This document shows positions 37,226 through 48,985 of a stretch of 64,000 nucleotides of DNA, one piece after another. Location of the stretch: assembly GCF_006345805.1 (NCBI RefSeq), contig NC_042997.1, positions 124,248,001-124,312,000 on the forward strand, written 5' to 3'. Position 1 is the first letter of the stretch. Every line of letters begins with the position of its first letter. The translations under genes were made by a program, and so were the position numbers. Source of the DNA: Octopus sinensis. Lineage: Eukaryota. The notes beneath the pieces were generated by a model. The model searched no databases and was not told the DNA's origin. It was given only the letters and a program-made list of their open reading frames with translations.

Positions 37226-37254
37226 GTAGCTGAGGGATTATCATTATTATTATT

Positions 37255-37806
37255 GAGTGAGATGCAGTGCATACCTCCTAGTGAGCTGGGGTACAAATAT
37301 ACAAAGGCGAATCTACCCGTCATGACTACTTCATGACTACTTCACATAAGTGTAAACCAGGCACATACATCACAACGATATGTGAGCGACATGGTGATCT
37401 CATATCAAGATAAACAGCGCATGATTTGCAGGTGATAGCCAAGTTAGAGTTTTCTTCATGTTGAGTGGCATACCCTGATTAATAAGTCCCTGAATAAGGG
37501 TTGTTTAAGTATGTTGAACAAAACACCCATGTTTCCAGAGCTGAATTTTTCAAACTCCAGAGAATTCCTCTCTAGACATGGCTATGATTCTCTCCCACGA
37601 TTTCTGCTCGTGGTCAGAGATGCTTTTATATATAACTAGCAGACAGTCTCAGTTGGTTAAGCTCAAGCAATTGGCTAGCAACTCTGTGGCATTGAGCAGA
37701 ATATCTGCGGTAGCCCACCTTTTATACCAAGACAAAACAATGTTCTTGCTAACACTAGCAATCAGTTAAGATCAAAAACAACTCTCTGGTGCTGCATTAG
37801 AGCAAT
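37255..37806 (-). mobile_element. Family E, full length
   Basis: Starts GAGTGAG after (ATT)n, ends ..CTGCATTAGAGCAATT before (ATC/ATT)n; colinear with the other copies. Confidence 0.88.
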
Positions 37807-37849
37807 TATCATCATCATCACCATTATTATTATTATTATTATTATTATT

Positions 37850-38405
37850 GAATGAAAGGAGAGTAGTGCATACCATCAAAGTGACACTGGGGAAAAATAA
37901 ACGAAGCCCAGTATACCCATCATGTCTACCCGTCTGATAAGTGTACCCCAGGCACATGCACCACAACCATATGTGCACAGCATGATCTTATATCAAAATA
38001 AGCAGTGCGTGACCTTGTAGGTAAGGCCCAGTTAGACTTTTCTTCGGGTAGAATAGCCCATTCCGTTCAAAAGGACACTGAATAATGGTTGTTGAAGGAT
38101 GTTGAACGAAATACGTATGTTTTCCTCGGGTGAATTATTGAAAACCCAAAGATATTCTCTCAACACATGGTTAATATGCTCCTTACTACTTCTGCTTGTG
38201 ATCAAAGATGAACATATCATCAACCACCAAGGAACATCCTCAACTCGTTAACGTCCAACAACTCACAAACAAAGCTGCAGCATTGAACAGAATATTTGCG
38301 GTAGCCCTAGTTTTATACGATTGGAAAATATATACATAATAACACTTCTTATCAATCAAGTTCAGATACCATTTGAAACGCTACCTGGCCCTGCATCAGG
38401 ACATT
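37850..38405 (-). mobile_element. Family E, full length (tandem with the previous copy)
   Basis: ..AGAGTAGTGCATACCATCAAAGTGACACTGGGG.. to ..CCTGGCCCTGCATCAGGACATT, ATT tracts on both sides. Confidence 0.88.
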
Positions 38406-38420
38406 TATTATTATTATTGC

Positions 38421-38468
<48 letters not shown>

Positions 38469-38599
38469 CATTTCCTTCGTTCTTCAAATTTTCTTCCGTC
38501 TCTCGCCGATTGTTTTCCGTACACCTAGGGCAGAGAAGCTCATTGTATGCATTCCCAGATTACACACGCAAATTCACAGGTAAACTATGTATTTAAAAA

Positions 38600-39340
38600 A
38601 TTAATAAATAAATAAACTCATGAATAGATGTTGTTTCCATATCGATAATGCTCTTCTCAGTACATGAGCCGTTCCAGTTAACACGATTTTTTGCACTCAC
38701 TGGATGTCAACCAGAGTCCTAAGGCACGTGTATTTTACATGGAGAGAAACTTCCTGAGAATGGCGGCGGTTGATGTGAACACAACTTTTTGACTTTCATA
38801 GATTGTTGCTTTCACAAGGACCAGGTCTAAATATTTGTCATCATCTTTCTTGATCATTCCCTGGGCACCCACAACCTCAGGGATGCTTTTGGATTCTAAT
38901 GGCCACATCCTAGATATCTCGTTCTCAAAGTCATGATATTTTGACAGTCTTTTTTTAATTCCTTTGTTGAGACTTTTTATCAGTAGGCACTGTCATATTA
39001 ATTAACAGGCTTTTTCCTTTTATTTTCAGTCTTTGATGACGATGTCTGGTGTGTTATCATTTATTTGCCTGTCTGTATATATCTTATTATTCCATAGGAT
39101 GGTAACATTCTCTCACTCAGTGACTGACTTTGGATGGTGTTCATACCAGTTCTTAGAGTGCGCGATATCATAGTGATGACATACGCTCTAGCGTAAGTAT
39201 TGGCCAACTCGATTGATCATGCCTGGTTTCATATTCTATAGGGTCAAAGACTGAGCAATCGACAAAATGTGATAAATACTCTCCAGTTTGTCATTGCAAA
39301 GTCCACACTTTGTCCACCTCATTGTGTGTGACAATAGCTT
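38600..39340 (-). mobile_element. Two adjoining R4/Dong 3' fragments
   Basis: 38740-39340: KNWYEHHPKSV..VTILWN..TDRQI..PDIVIKD..LSKYHDFENEISRMW..ILRKFLSM*. 38600-38740: QKIVLTGTAHVLRRALS. Confidence 0.8.
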
Positions 39341-39370
39341 GATCGTTCCGACTGAGTATTAATATTATTA

Positions 39371-39467
39371 TAGTATGTTTGATTTTTGATTTACATTTGT
39401 ACAAGTTGGCTCCAAGTCTCACCCAGAGACCTCAAGAGACAACGAGTTGGAAGTTCATGTTGGCGCT
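39371..39467 (-). mobile_element. 3' UTR-only copy of the Dong family at 23196-24269
   Basis: Reverse complement ..CTCTTGAGGTCTCTGGGTGAGACTTGGAGCCAACTTGTACAAAT..AATCAAACAT matches ~24190-24269. Confidence 0.85.
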
Positions 39468-39515
39468 ATATTATTATTAATATTATTATTATTATCATTA
39501 TTATTATTATTATTA

Positions 39516-39564
<49 letters not shown>

Positions 39565-39885
39565 CATTATTATCATTATTATTATTATTATCATTATTAT
39601 CATTATTATTATTATTATTATTATCATTATCATCATCATTATTATTATTATTATTATTAGTATTATTGTTATTATTATTATTTATTATTATTATTATTAT
39701 TATCATTATTATCATTATTATTATTATTATCATTATTATCATTATTATTATTATTATTATTATCATTATCATCATCATTATTATTATTATTATTATTAGT
39801 ATTATTGTTATTATTATTATTATTATTATTATCATTGTTGTTGTTATTATTATTATTATCATTGTTATTGTTGTTGTTATTTTCT
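39468..39885. repeat. ~420-bp (ATT)n/(ATC)n array
   Basis: Direct reading. Confidence 0.97.
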
Positions 39886-40400
39886 TTTTACCACAGGTTG
39901 TGTTGGGACTCATGGTGTCTTGAATGCGTAGCGGACTTGCTGCGTGCAGCCTACAGTACCGTGTTATCCGTTCTTTTTAGCTATCTAATACAGTCTTGAT
40001 TATTCTGGCTAATGGATTATTCTGAGTCACGGGTTACTACCTATAACCTTTAGTATCCACAAGTTCTCAGCAGTCTTCGAAGTGCTTCGAACCCTTCTGA
40101 TTTTCCTTGCTGTCCTTAAGAGGCAAACTTTCTCTAGGAACTCTACCATACATTCTATTCCAATCTTCTTCAGCCATTTGTTTTTATCCCTCATTACTGT
40201 TCCCAGCGCACCAATTATTACAGACACGACCATTACTGTTCTGAGGCTCCAAATTCTTCCTATTTCAAATTTTAAGGGTTTGTACTTTTTATTTTCCGCT
40301 TTCTTTACAATCCTGGAATCCAACGGTCATGATGGGACGATAAGCAAGCATCTTCACTTTTCCTTATCTCTAACTGTTGTCTGGTCTATTATATCCTAAC
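39885..40400 (-). mobile_element. R4/Dong RLE 3' fragment with 3' UTR
   Basis: KKYKPLKFEIGRIWSLRTVMVVSVIIGALGTV..LEKVCLLRTARKIRRV. Confidence 0.85.
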
Positions 40401-40457
40401 TTCTTGTCCGTAAATTATTATTACTATTATTATTATTGTTATTATTATTATTATTAT

Positions 40458-40489
<32 letters not shown>

Positions 40490-40490
40490 A

Positions 40491-40532
<42 letters not shown>

Positions 40533-40569
40533 GTGTAGTTGTAGTATTGTTGTTGTTATTTTATTCAGG

Positions 40570-41030
40570 TCTTAATTTTGTTTCATGCCTTCATTATATA
40601 ACGACCTCCATCTCTGCAGATTTTGGACTGTACAGCATTTTAAATTTTGGTTGTATTGGCAGCATTATTCCTCCTCTAGGTAACATATATGCAATGCCTT
40701 GAAGTGCAATTTTATGTGATGACTATTTTTAAGACCTAGAGTATTGATATTCGATCTTCGTGTCGTTTTGTAATCAGTCACACAGGATCTACATTTTCAG
40801 GGTTTGTTCTTGCTTTAATTCGTACATTTTGATTATTTCTATTTCCAGATATTTATATTTGACAGTTCATCCGTTCGGTGTGTTACTTCAGGTATGTGAC
40901 GCAACTTTCCTTAATTATCCCTGTCAACTATATCCGGCAGTCTTATTTAGATTTTTCTGTGTACAGCACAGAATACGACAGTATATAATCGTCTACAATT
41001 CTGTAGCATCTTTCTGTTTTTGTCGTTGTT
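40570..41030 (-). mobile_element. Very decayed R4/Dong RLE fragment
   Basis: PDIVDRDN..KYKYLEIEIIKMYELK. Confidence 0.5.
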
Positions 41031-41399
41031 GATGTTTCATAACTTCCATTGCAAGAAAGTATATAATCTGCCGAGCCTCTAAATATATTCTTTTACCAAA
41101 CGTTTTTTGTTGTGATTGGATAAATGAGAGATAATGAGAGAGAGAGGAAGAGGAGGAGTGGGAGGAATAGGAGGAGGCTAGGAAGAACAGGTTAAAGAAT
41201 ACTGGTTTCTACACATTTTGAGGTTGCTCTCGTCTGCTTCATTCCATACAATCCATGGGTTCTGGGGCATGGCCTCAACGGAAATATTTATCTTGGAATT
41301 TACTCTATCATTTCTCGATCAGTGTTGCGATATTTTTTATCGCTTCCTTTTCTCGTAGCGCACGTTTCAGTTTTCTTTTTCTTTTTTTTTCTTTTTTTG

Positions 41400-41810
41400 G
41401 AATTGAATATATAAAAGCTTTCTTTCTTGTTGCTTCAGTATAACATTCTGTGGACCTATTTTTAATTTAGTTGTTAGCAGCACACCTATTTCTGTTGTTG
41501 TTTCTGTTGTATCTTTCAAATTGTAGTTTTTAGCCTTTGTTCTGTATTTGTTGTTCATTGTAATTTTAAATCTAATACCAAAATTCTCCTTTGTAGATTA
41601 TTTGCATTACTTTTCCATTGTTCTTTATTAGATAAATCCCTTGTCCTACAGCCGTTATTTTATAATAGCTTTCTAATTGCAATAAGCCCCTAAGTTCTGA
41701 TATTCGTGGCAAATACAGTCTTACTTCATCATTGTTTAGTCCTTGTATTCTAAATGACGTCATTGTTTTTCGAATTTTCCTTCCTACATTTGTAAGTTTA
41801 CGTAACGCAT
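41400..41810 (-). mobile_element. R4/Dong post-RT fragment
   Basis: RKIRKTMTSFR..RLYLPRISELRGLLQLESYYKIT..YL aligns by eye with RKIMTGSRMHHPKSDIERLYIQR..LIQLENFY of the full-length copy. Confidence 0.75.
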
Positions 41811-42108
41811 TGTTGAACATTAAACAACAACTTACGACAGGGACAAACGGAGTATTAAATGCTAGTATTTATTATAGCTCGAATCGAATTCGCCGATGAA
41901 ATTGTTTCCTAAACTTTTCTTTGTTTTGTGAACGTTTTACTTTGTCTAGTTCATTGTTTCATTCGTATTTGTAAGACTGTTTTTATTGTAATTCTCTTAT
42001 TTCCATTTCTTTATCATGAGATTATTGATCTTAATCGTTTTTCCTTTTTCAAGGTTGTCTTGGCGCAGATTGCTTTTTAATCCGAAAATAATATTGATAT
42101 TCCTGTCG

Positions 42109-42139
<31 letters not shown>

Positions 42140-42144
42140 TTTCA

Positions 42145-42320
42145 GTGAAAGCAATCGGTTGGCAAAATTATTGGACAAAATGCCTTAGATACAGCTTGTG
42201 AATTAAAAGCACAATAAATTGTCCCCTAAGTCTAAGGGATCAACTGTGGGTATCATCATTAGGAAGTTGGTCAAATAAAATACTATTCAAGTACAAGTCA
42301 AGTACTAGGGTCGATGACAG
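42145..42320 (+). mobile_element. Degenerate SINE type B
   Basis: TTGGCAAAATT..AAATGCCTTAG..GGTCAAATAAAATA..AAGTAC..GTACTAGGGTCGATG then ATT/ATC tract. Confidence 0.45.
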
Positions 42321-42359
42321 TAATCATTATTATTTTTGTTGTCGTTATCATCATCATCA

Positions 42360-42427
<68 letters not shown>

Positions 42428-42430
<3 letters not shown>

Positions 42431-42570
42431 TACTTTATTTTTTATAGCGTGCTTTCACTTCACTACCGAGCGCAGCTCTGTGTCCCTTGGGTATGTACTG
42501 TGGTTTGCTGTGATGCTCTGATGGTTACTGTATTGAAAGTGTTTTGCGTGTGTGCTGTGCCCAGTAGTGT
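42428..42570 (-). mobile_element. 5'-truncated 3' end of the full-length Dong family
   Basis: CGTGCTTTCACTTCACTACCGAGC(G/A)CAGCTCTGTGT..CTTGGGTATGT..GATGCTCTGATGG nearly identical to 32176-32320; ATT tracts on both sides. Confidence 0.9.
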
Positions 42571-42585
42571 CATTTCATTATCATT

Positions 42586-42638
<53 letters not shown>

Positions 42639-42702
42639 CATTATTATTATTATCATTATTATTATCATCATCATCATCATCATTATTATCATTATTATTA
42701 CT

Positions 42703-43225
42703 GAGTGAGAGAGCATAACATCAAAGTGACTTTGGAATACAGATAAACGAAGCCCAATATACCCATCATAACTACTCATCTGATAAGGGTACACCAGGCA
42801 CATGCATCATAACCATAAGTGCACGACATGGTGATCTCATATCATAGTAAACAGCTTATGGACCTTGCAGCTGTGGCCCTGTTAGAATTTTCTTCAGGTC
42901 GAGTAGCTCATCACGCCGAAACGTTCCCCGAATAAGGGTTGTTTCAGAGGTGAATTATTCAAACTCAAGAGAATCCTCTCAACACATGGCTATGGGATTC
43001 CCCGACTTCTTCTGCTTGTGATCAGAGATGCACATATTGCCAGTCACGAAGGGACATGCTCTACTGTTTAAAGTCAAACAGCTGACAGGCAAATCCGTGG
43101 TATTCAGCAGAATATTTGTTGTAGCCCATCTTTTAGACAGAGACAAAACATGTACATGATGACACTTCCAATCAGCTAAAATCAGAAGCCATAAGAGCTA
43201 CTGCCTGGCATTAGATCAGGGCATT
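42703..43225 (-). mobile_element. Family E, full length
   Basis: GAGTGAGAGAGC..ATCAAAGTGAC.. to ..CTGCCTGGCATTAGATCAGGGCATT, ATT tracts on both sides. Confidence 0.9.
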
Positions 43226-43233
43226 CATTATTA

Positions 43234-43289
<56 letters not shown>

Positions 43290-43290
<1 letters not shown>

Positions 43291-44250
43291 GCCGAAATCT
43301 CTATCTATTTGTGGTGTCTTCAGTGAAACGATGATTTCCGAGAGGCTCTCACCTACATACCTACTCGCTGACTACATCAGTCAGCACGAATCGAGAAGAG
43401 ATATTTTGCTGATCTGCTAAGTCCTGCTATGGTATTGTCTTCATATTCTTTGGTTGTTTATATACCGAGAAATACCATGAGCTGAATTTCTTAGGGTGAC
43501 TACCAGCTTCCGTGACAATATTTTGATATTTTCATTAATGTTAGTGGAAGCGTAGTATAGCTTGTGAGTGCTAAGCTGTTCAGCCATTTTGAAATTGGCT
43601 GATGTCTATTGCATGAATACATCGATGCATTTATGCGAACTTAATCTGCAGCAGTTCATCCTGATCCTATCATAATATCTGTTAGGTTGACTGATATTTA
43701 TAGTGCAAATTCTTCAAGTAGATTGATGACGTCTACAGTCGATGTAGATACCACAAAAGGAATATGGTTGAGAGCACTGGCAACCAGAGCATTTTCCCTG
43801 CATACGAAGCTTCCGGATATCGGATTAGTGAATTAGTTAAATCGCAGGTCACAGATGGCGTTTTCTCTAACAATTTGTGTGCATAATTAAATAATGAAAA
43901 TTGGAATAGAATCTGTTAGTTTCGGCACAGATGTAGAAAGTAGCATAGATATGTTTGTAAGTTGCTTATACATGATTTTATGTGTCTAATGATGTCAGTG
44001 TAGGACGGATTTTGTCGTCATCCGTCAAGAAGAGCGAGTAGTCTTCCTCTACATGCTATTTATGATGAAGGTAGTTAGTATTGGATAAGATTTGAAGACA
44101 TGATTGTCCCTTAGTCCAAGAGGTCATCAGGTGGAAAGTGAGAAAATGACGTAAGGTGCTGCCATTAAATAAAATAGCACTTTGGTAACGGTGGCAGAAA
44201 CGGGGTGCATAGATTCTCTTACTCTAAGAAATGAGAGTAGGCACTTGCAT
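43290..44250 (-). pseudogene. Possible L2/CR1-like LINE RT fossil
   Basis: Minus-strand remnants FIINSM, LFLTDDDKI (cf. LFADDTKI), AETNRFYSNF (cf. WxxxNxLxFN) and YYDRIRMN (cf. YxxRLxxL) occur in the expected order; by-eye only. Confidence 0.35.
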
Positions 44251-44614
44251 TTATATAAGCCAAAAGTGTGAGGTTGTGACCTAACCAACCGTACGAGTTT
44301 GTTTTTCCCTATTTGTAGGATCCTTTCTTTTTAGTGTATTATGTTATAATTGTTGTTCATTATTTTCTAATTATCAAAGTTTTTTGGCTTTTGTCGATCT
44401 TACCTTTTTACCTGATGCGATTAACCTACTGTCTCTTGATCCATGTTCACTTTTGTTTTCCGATTTTCTACTTTCCTTAGTGTCATGGATCCATGTGGCT
44501 AAAATAGAAACTATTATTATTGAACTCAGAGATTCGTTAGAGCGTCGAACAAAATTCCACGTCTTTCTTATTTTTGTTTTTGGCTCTTTACATTCTCCTA
44601 TTGAATCAGATTGA

Positions 44615-44730
44615 GATCAACTTTCAGGCTCAATAAATTATAGCACCAGTTAAATACTAGAGTCGAAAGTATTGATTGACCCCATTCCTCTCAAAGTTGT
44701 TGACCTTGTCCCGAAATTTGAAACCGTTGT
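44615..44730 (+). mobile_element. SINE type B 3' remnant followed by (GTT)n
   Basis: TCAATAAATTATAGCACCAGTTAAATACTAGAGTCGA..TTGACCCCATTCC..CCTTGTCCCGAAATTTGAAACC. Confidence 0.6.
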
Positions 44731-44895
44731 TGTTTTTGTTGTTGTCAGTTGTGTAATTATTATCATTATGTTTGAATGCTTTGCTGCAGAAATGACATGA
44801 TTGATGTCTATAATTTACAAGGAAATGAAACAAGAAGTTTGTTTAAGAGAGGAATGAAAAGTGAAGCAAAATTATAGTTAATAACAATGATAGAT

Positions 44896-45329
44896 AGAAA
44901 GAAGAAAAGAAGAAGAAGAAGAAGAAGAAGAAGAAGGGGAAGAAGAAGAAGAAGAAGAAGAAGAGAAGTAGAAGAAGAAGAAGAAGAAGAAGAAGAGAAG
45001 AAGAAGGAAGAGGGGGAGGATGAGGAGGAGAAGAAGAAGGAGAAGAAGAAGAAGAAAGAAGAAGAAGAAGAAGAACAAGGAGAAGGAGAAGAAGAAGAAG
45101 AAGAAGAAGAAGGAGGAGGAGGGGGAGAAGAAGAAGGAGAAGAGAAGAAGAAGAAGAAGAAGAAGAAGGAGAAGAGAAGAAGAAGAAGAGAGAAGAAGGA
45201 GAAGAGAAAAAGAAGAAGAAAAGAAGAAGAAGAAGAAAAGAAGAAGAAAAAGAAGAAAGAAGAAAGAAGAAGAAGAAGAAGAAGAAGAAGAAGAAGAAGA
45301 GAAGAAAGAAGAAAAGAAGAAGAAGAAAA
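44896..45329 (+). repeat. 434-bp (GAA)n-rich polypurine tract
   Basis: Only three pyrimidines counted on the plus strand. Confidence 0.97.
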
Positions 45330-47539
45330 TAAAATAAATGCATGCAGCGAGCAAGAAAGGGGAGGAATGAAAGGTCTAATGATACATCTGTTTCAACGTC
45401 TTTTAAACAATCTCAATTAAACTAAAGTAAGCTGTTGTTGCATCAAAAATATTTTGTGTCATATAAAGTACATTTATACGTTTGGCTACCCTCATTAATG
45501 TTTCTTGTAACAGCTTAGCTATTCTGAACTATACTTGTAAAGTTGCTTAGATGCTAAGGGGAAATTTTGAGAGCTATAACCTCTTTTGTTGAATTAAAAA
45601 CATCTTGATAATAATGAAATGTGCTTATAATTACATTTGTAATTCGTACTACGGGAACGATAAGTAAGGAGATCGATAGCATTCATATATGAACAGCCAT
45701 TGGCATGTTCCATAAAACTGCAATAAGTGTTTGCAAATACTGTGTTCTCACACAGCATTTGTTAATTGCATATATGTTTGTTTTTGCTTTCCAAAACGTT
45801 CATGTTTTGAAATCATGAAGCCAAGCTTGATACGTAAAGACTATATAAACAATGGATAAGCAATAGTATCTGCCTTCAGCAATAAACTGACAAACCCCCT
45901 TTTAAAAAATACTGAATAGTTTCTGTCGACAGATAAATTAGTGACAATACAGAAGTAGGTATGATTCAAAAACGCTATTAGTAACATACTGGAAACACTT
46001 GAAAAAATATACAAATAAAGAAAAATAGCTAGTGATAGAGAAGGATCATGCTGAATCGTAATGCATCTAAACATTAAAATCTGTGAATATTTCCTAAGAA
46101 ATTTAAGCATTGAAAAGGATTTTGTACAGATAAGGTCCACAATTATCGTTAGTTGTTATTTAATATAACTTTCAAATAATCATCATTAATTTCCGAGGTA
46201 TTTCTAAAGCTTTAACCATGACTTCATTTATTTATATACTCGTTTTAGTCATGTTTGTTAACGTATTTAACTACGCAGTCAACAAATGTTATCTTTTTTA
46301 AGTATCTCCGTATTGCGAATTCCTCCCCTATGATATGGTGTAATAGACTGATTTAGCTTGAATAAAATATTAATGTAGTTTAATATAGTTATTTTAAAGA
46401 AACGGAATAATCTAAGACACTGATAATATTCTTTGAATAAATTAGCAATACGTGTCAGAAATACGTGAAAGATTGCCAGACAAATACTTTTTGTGCTTGA
46501 ATCGACTACTTGAAGCCTTTGCTTTGATACTGATTTACATATGTGGACATTTTGATGACACTTAGTGAATGCATTACAGCAAAAATGATGTTAGTTCTAT
46601 TCACTAATGTAATATGCAATGGGATATGTCAAAGCGATGCTTCTCGTTTTTCATTTTGTTTTTATTTAAGTGAACTTTGATTTAGTCATTAAAATTTCAA
46701 ATTTAAGAAAGGAATTAGTTGACAGACCTACCTCTTCTTTTCAAAGATGACCTAAATACATTTGATACACATGCTCTTCTGAGTCTTTCACTTCAGTATA
46801 TCCTTACTGTCACAACATTGTTGGGTAAATAATTTTAAATGCGCTGTCATATGAAGCTATGCAGGCGTTAACAATAGCACGATGTCGATTTGCATTTCGG
46901 CGTAAGGAAAGCAAATCTGGGTCAAGGGTCAAAAATTGGATTTTCTAGATTTATGTCTAGTGATATATTAATGGACGCAGCGTAAATGAGAATCGGACTT
47001 AAAAATTTTGAAAAACTTTACGTTTATAAAAGTTCATTTAAATAGCAAGAAACAGAACACTAACATTGCAACAAATAAAATATGACTCTCCAGAAATTAT
47101 TTAGAAAATGACAGAGACACCACACACCACAAAATTTGGAATCTTGGAGAAACAACACTTATACAATGCCTCTAATATGTCACTACCATACAAACCACAG
47201 TTAGAAAGTTTTGTAGAAATTACTAATTCTAAAAGAACTGCTTAAAGACGCATTATAATAATTATTCATTGCGCTTTAATCCATAAAATTTACCTATTAA
47301 ATAGATTTGTTAATTCATATGAATTATTGCAAGACCTGTAAAGTTTTCTCGAGAAATTAGGTCTAGAAATAAGAGCTAAAATCGAAAAGTAGCGCTGCCA
47401 CAGAGATGAACAAAGAGAGGATACAATTATCTCCTTATGAACCGTAGCCACCATTATAACATTGAAAGGAATAGAAGAAATTATTGCCTAGTAGACTTCC
47501 ACCACCCTAGGTAAAATAATAATAAAACTAAAGAAAACA

Positions 47540-47750
47540 ATCATTTCTTACTTTGGCACGAGGATATGTTTCGCGGGTGGATTTCTCGCCCCAGGAACTG
47601 ACTGCTACATATTTCATCTACCCCACTGGAGAGAAAGGCACAGCTGACAGAAACAAGATTTTATGTCATGAATTAAAGGTCACAGAAAAATACTACATGG
47701 AATATTTTCTAGTGTTGAAACGAGTATCACGATTAGCAAAGACGCCAACC
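47540..47750 (-). mobile_element. Degenerate SINE type B
   Basis: ATCATTTCTTACTTTGGCACGAGG..CCCCAGGAACTGACTGCTACATATTTCATCTACCCC..GAAAGGCACAGCTGAC. Confidence 0.55.
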
Positions 47751-47764
47751 GTTTAACGAATAGA

Positions 47765-47782
47765 CAAATAAATAAATAAATA

Positions 47783-47857
<75 letters not shown>

Positions 47858-47973
47858 TAATAATAATAATGATGATGATGATGATGATGATGACAATGAC
47901 AATGACGATTAGGATGGTGATGAGGAAGATGATGATGATGATGACGATGATGATGATGATGATGATGATGATG

Positions 47974-48059
<86 letters not shown>

Positions 48060-48060
48060 T
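47765..48060. repeat. (AAT)n/(GAT)n array
   Basis: Direct reading. Confidence 0.97.
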
Positions 48061-48794
48061 TTACTTCGTTTCACCATGAGGGCGACAGATGGAGGATACT
48101 TTAGGAACAGTTACAAAAGTTGGGGATTTAAATAAAACAGGATATGAAGAGTTCATGGATGTAAAAAGTAAAAACCGTAAATTATGTGAAGTGTCATCAT
48201 AGCATTCGAAGAAATCTACAGATCTTAGATAATATTTACTATTAAGGTGAAGTTTTGGCTTTCAGCGTTCTTTTTTCCGTAACGAAATCGAGATTTTACG
48301 CAAAGAAAAAGAACATTGATATTTATATTCTTATCGTTGGTACATTTTAACACAATATTGGCTGATTTTAAATATTAAATAGACCGAGTTTCGAAGTAAC
48401 TTCAGATTTTTTTATTTACTTATTCGCTTTTCTATATTTTATTGACTTCAAATTTCAAATTATCGAGTGTTAGAATAAAGAAGTTAACACGGTGATTATG
48501 AACGTTATTGTAATTGGGAAATTGGCAAATTTGACGAGAATTTGAAAGCAAAACTTGGAAGTCTAGACCTTCAAATAGAAGTGGGTGTAGTGTAGAAAAT
48601 ATCTTTACTTGTTTACGCAAAACCTTTTCAGAATGTCTTCCTCCATACAATGCAAGAACAGGTATGATCAAAAGGAAATTACCTTTTTTTAAAAAAAATT
48701 ACAAAAAATGCTACTAATCCTAAATTATGAGATCTGGTTTGATTGATAGCATAATAAAATCGATTACAAATTCAATAACGTGTAACAGCAGAAT

Positions 48795-48985
48795 AATGAT
48801 GATAATGATGATAAAGAAGAAGAAGAAGAAGAAGAAGAATGAGTAGGAGAAGGAGGTGGTGGTGATAGTGGTGGTGGTGGTGGTGGTGGTGGTGGTGGTG
48901 GTGGTGGTGGTGGTGGTGGTGGTGGTGGTGGTGGTGGTGGTGGTGGTGGAGGACGAGGACGAGGAGGAGGAGGAAGTGGAGGAAT
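48795..48985. repeat. (GAT)-(GAA)-(GGT)n-(GGA) compound microsatellite
   Basis: Direct reading; long (GGT)n at ~48853-48948. Confidence 0.95.

Noticed and set aside
42770-42800. CTGATAAG in a family E hairpin resembling a hammerhead core
   Set aside because: The core deviates from CUGANGA and no correctly placed GAAA/stem III was found.
24270-43260. Repeat-spacer-like alternation resembling a CRISPR array
   Set aside because: The repeats are variable microsatellites and the spacers are retroelement fragments; eukaryotic context, no cas genes.
44843-45420. Lys/Arg/Glu-rich and Phe/Ser/Leu-rich ORFs of 105-177 aa
   Set aside because: Entirely explained by the GAA polypurine tract.
45841-46140. 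Hydrophobic 99-aa minus ORF with LSVDRNY, reminiscent of a GPCR DRY motif
   Set aside because: Motif imperfect, no other TM-pattern support, no credible start or splice context; AT-rich DNA yields hydrophobic ORFs.
46728-46750. 20-nt minus-strand micro-exon candidate (GTCATCTTTGAAAAGAAGAG|GTAGGT)
   Set aside because: The acceptor lacks a polypyrimidine tract; no supporting context.
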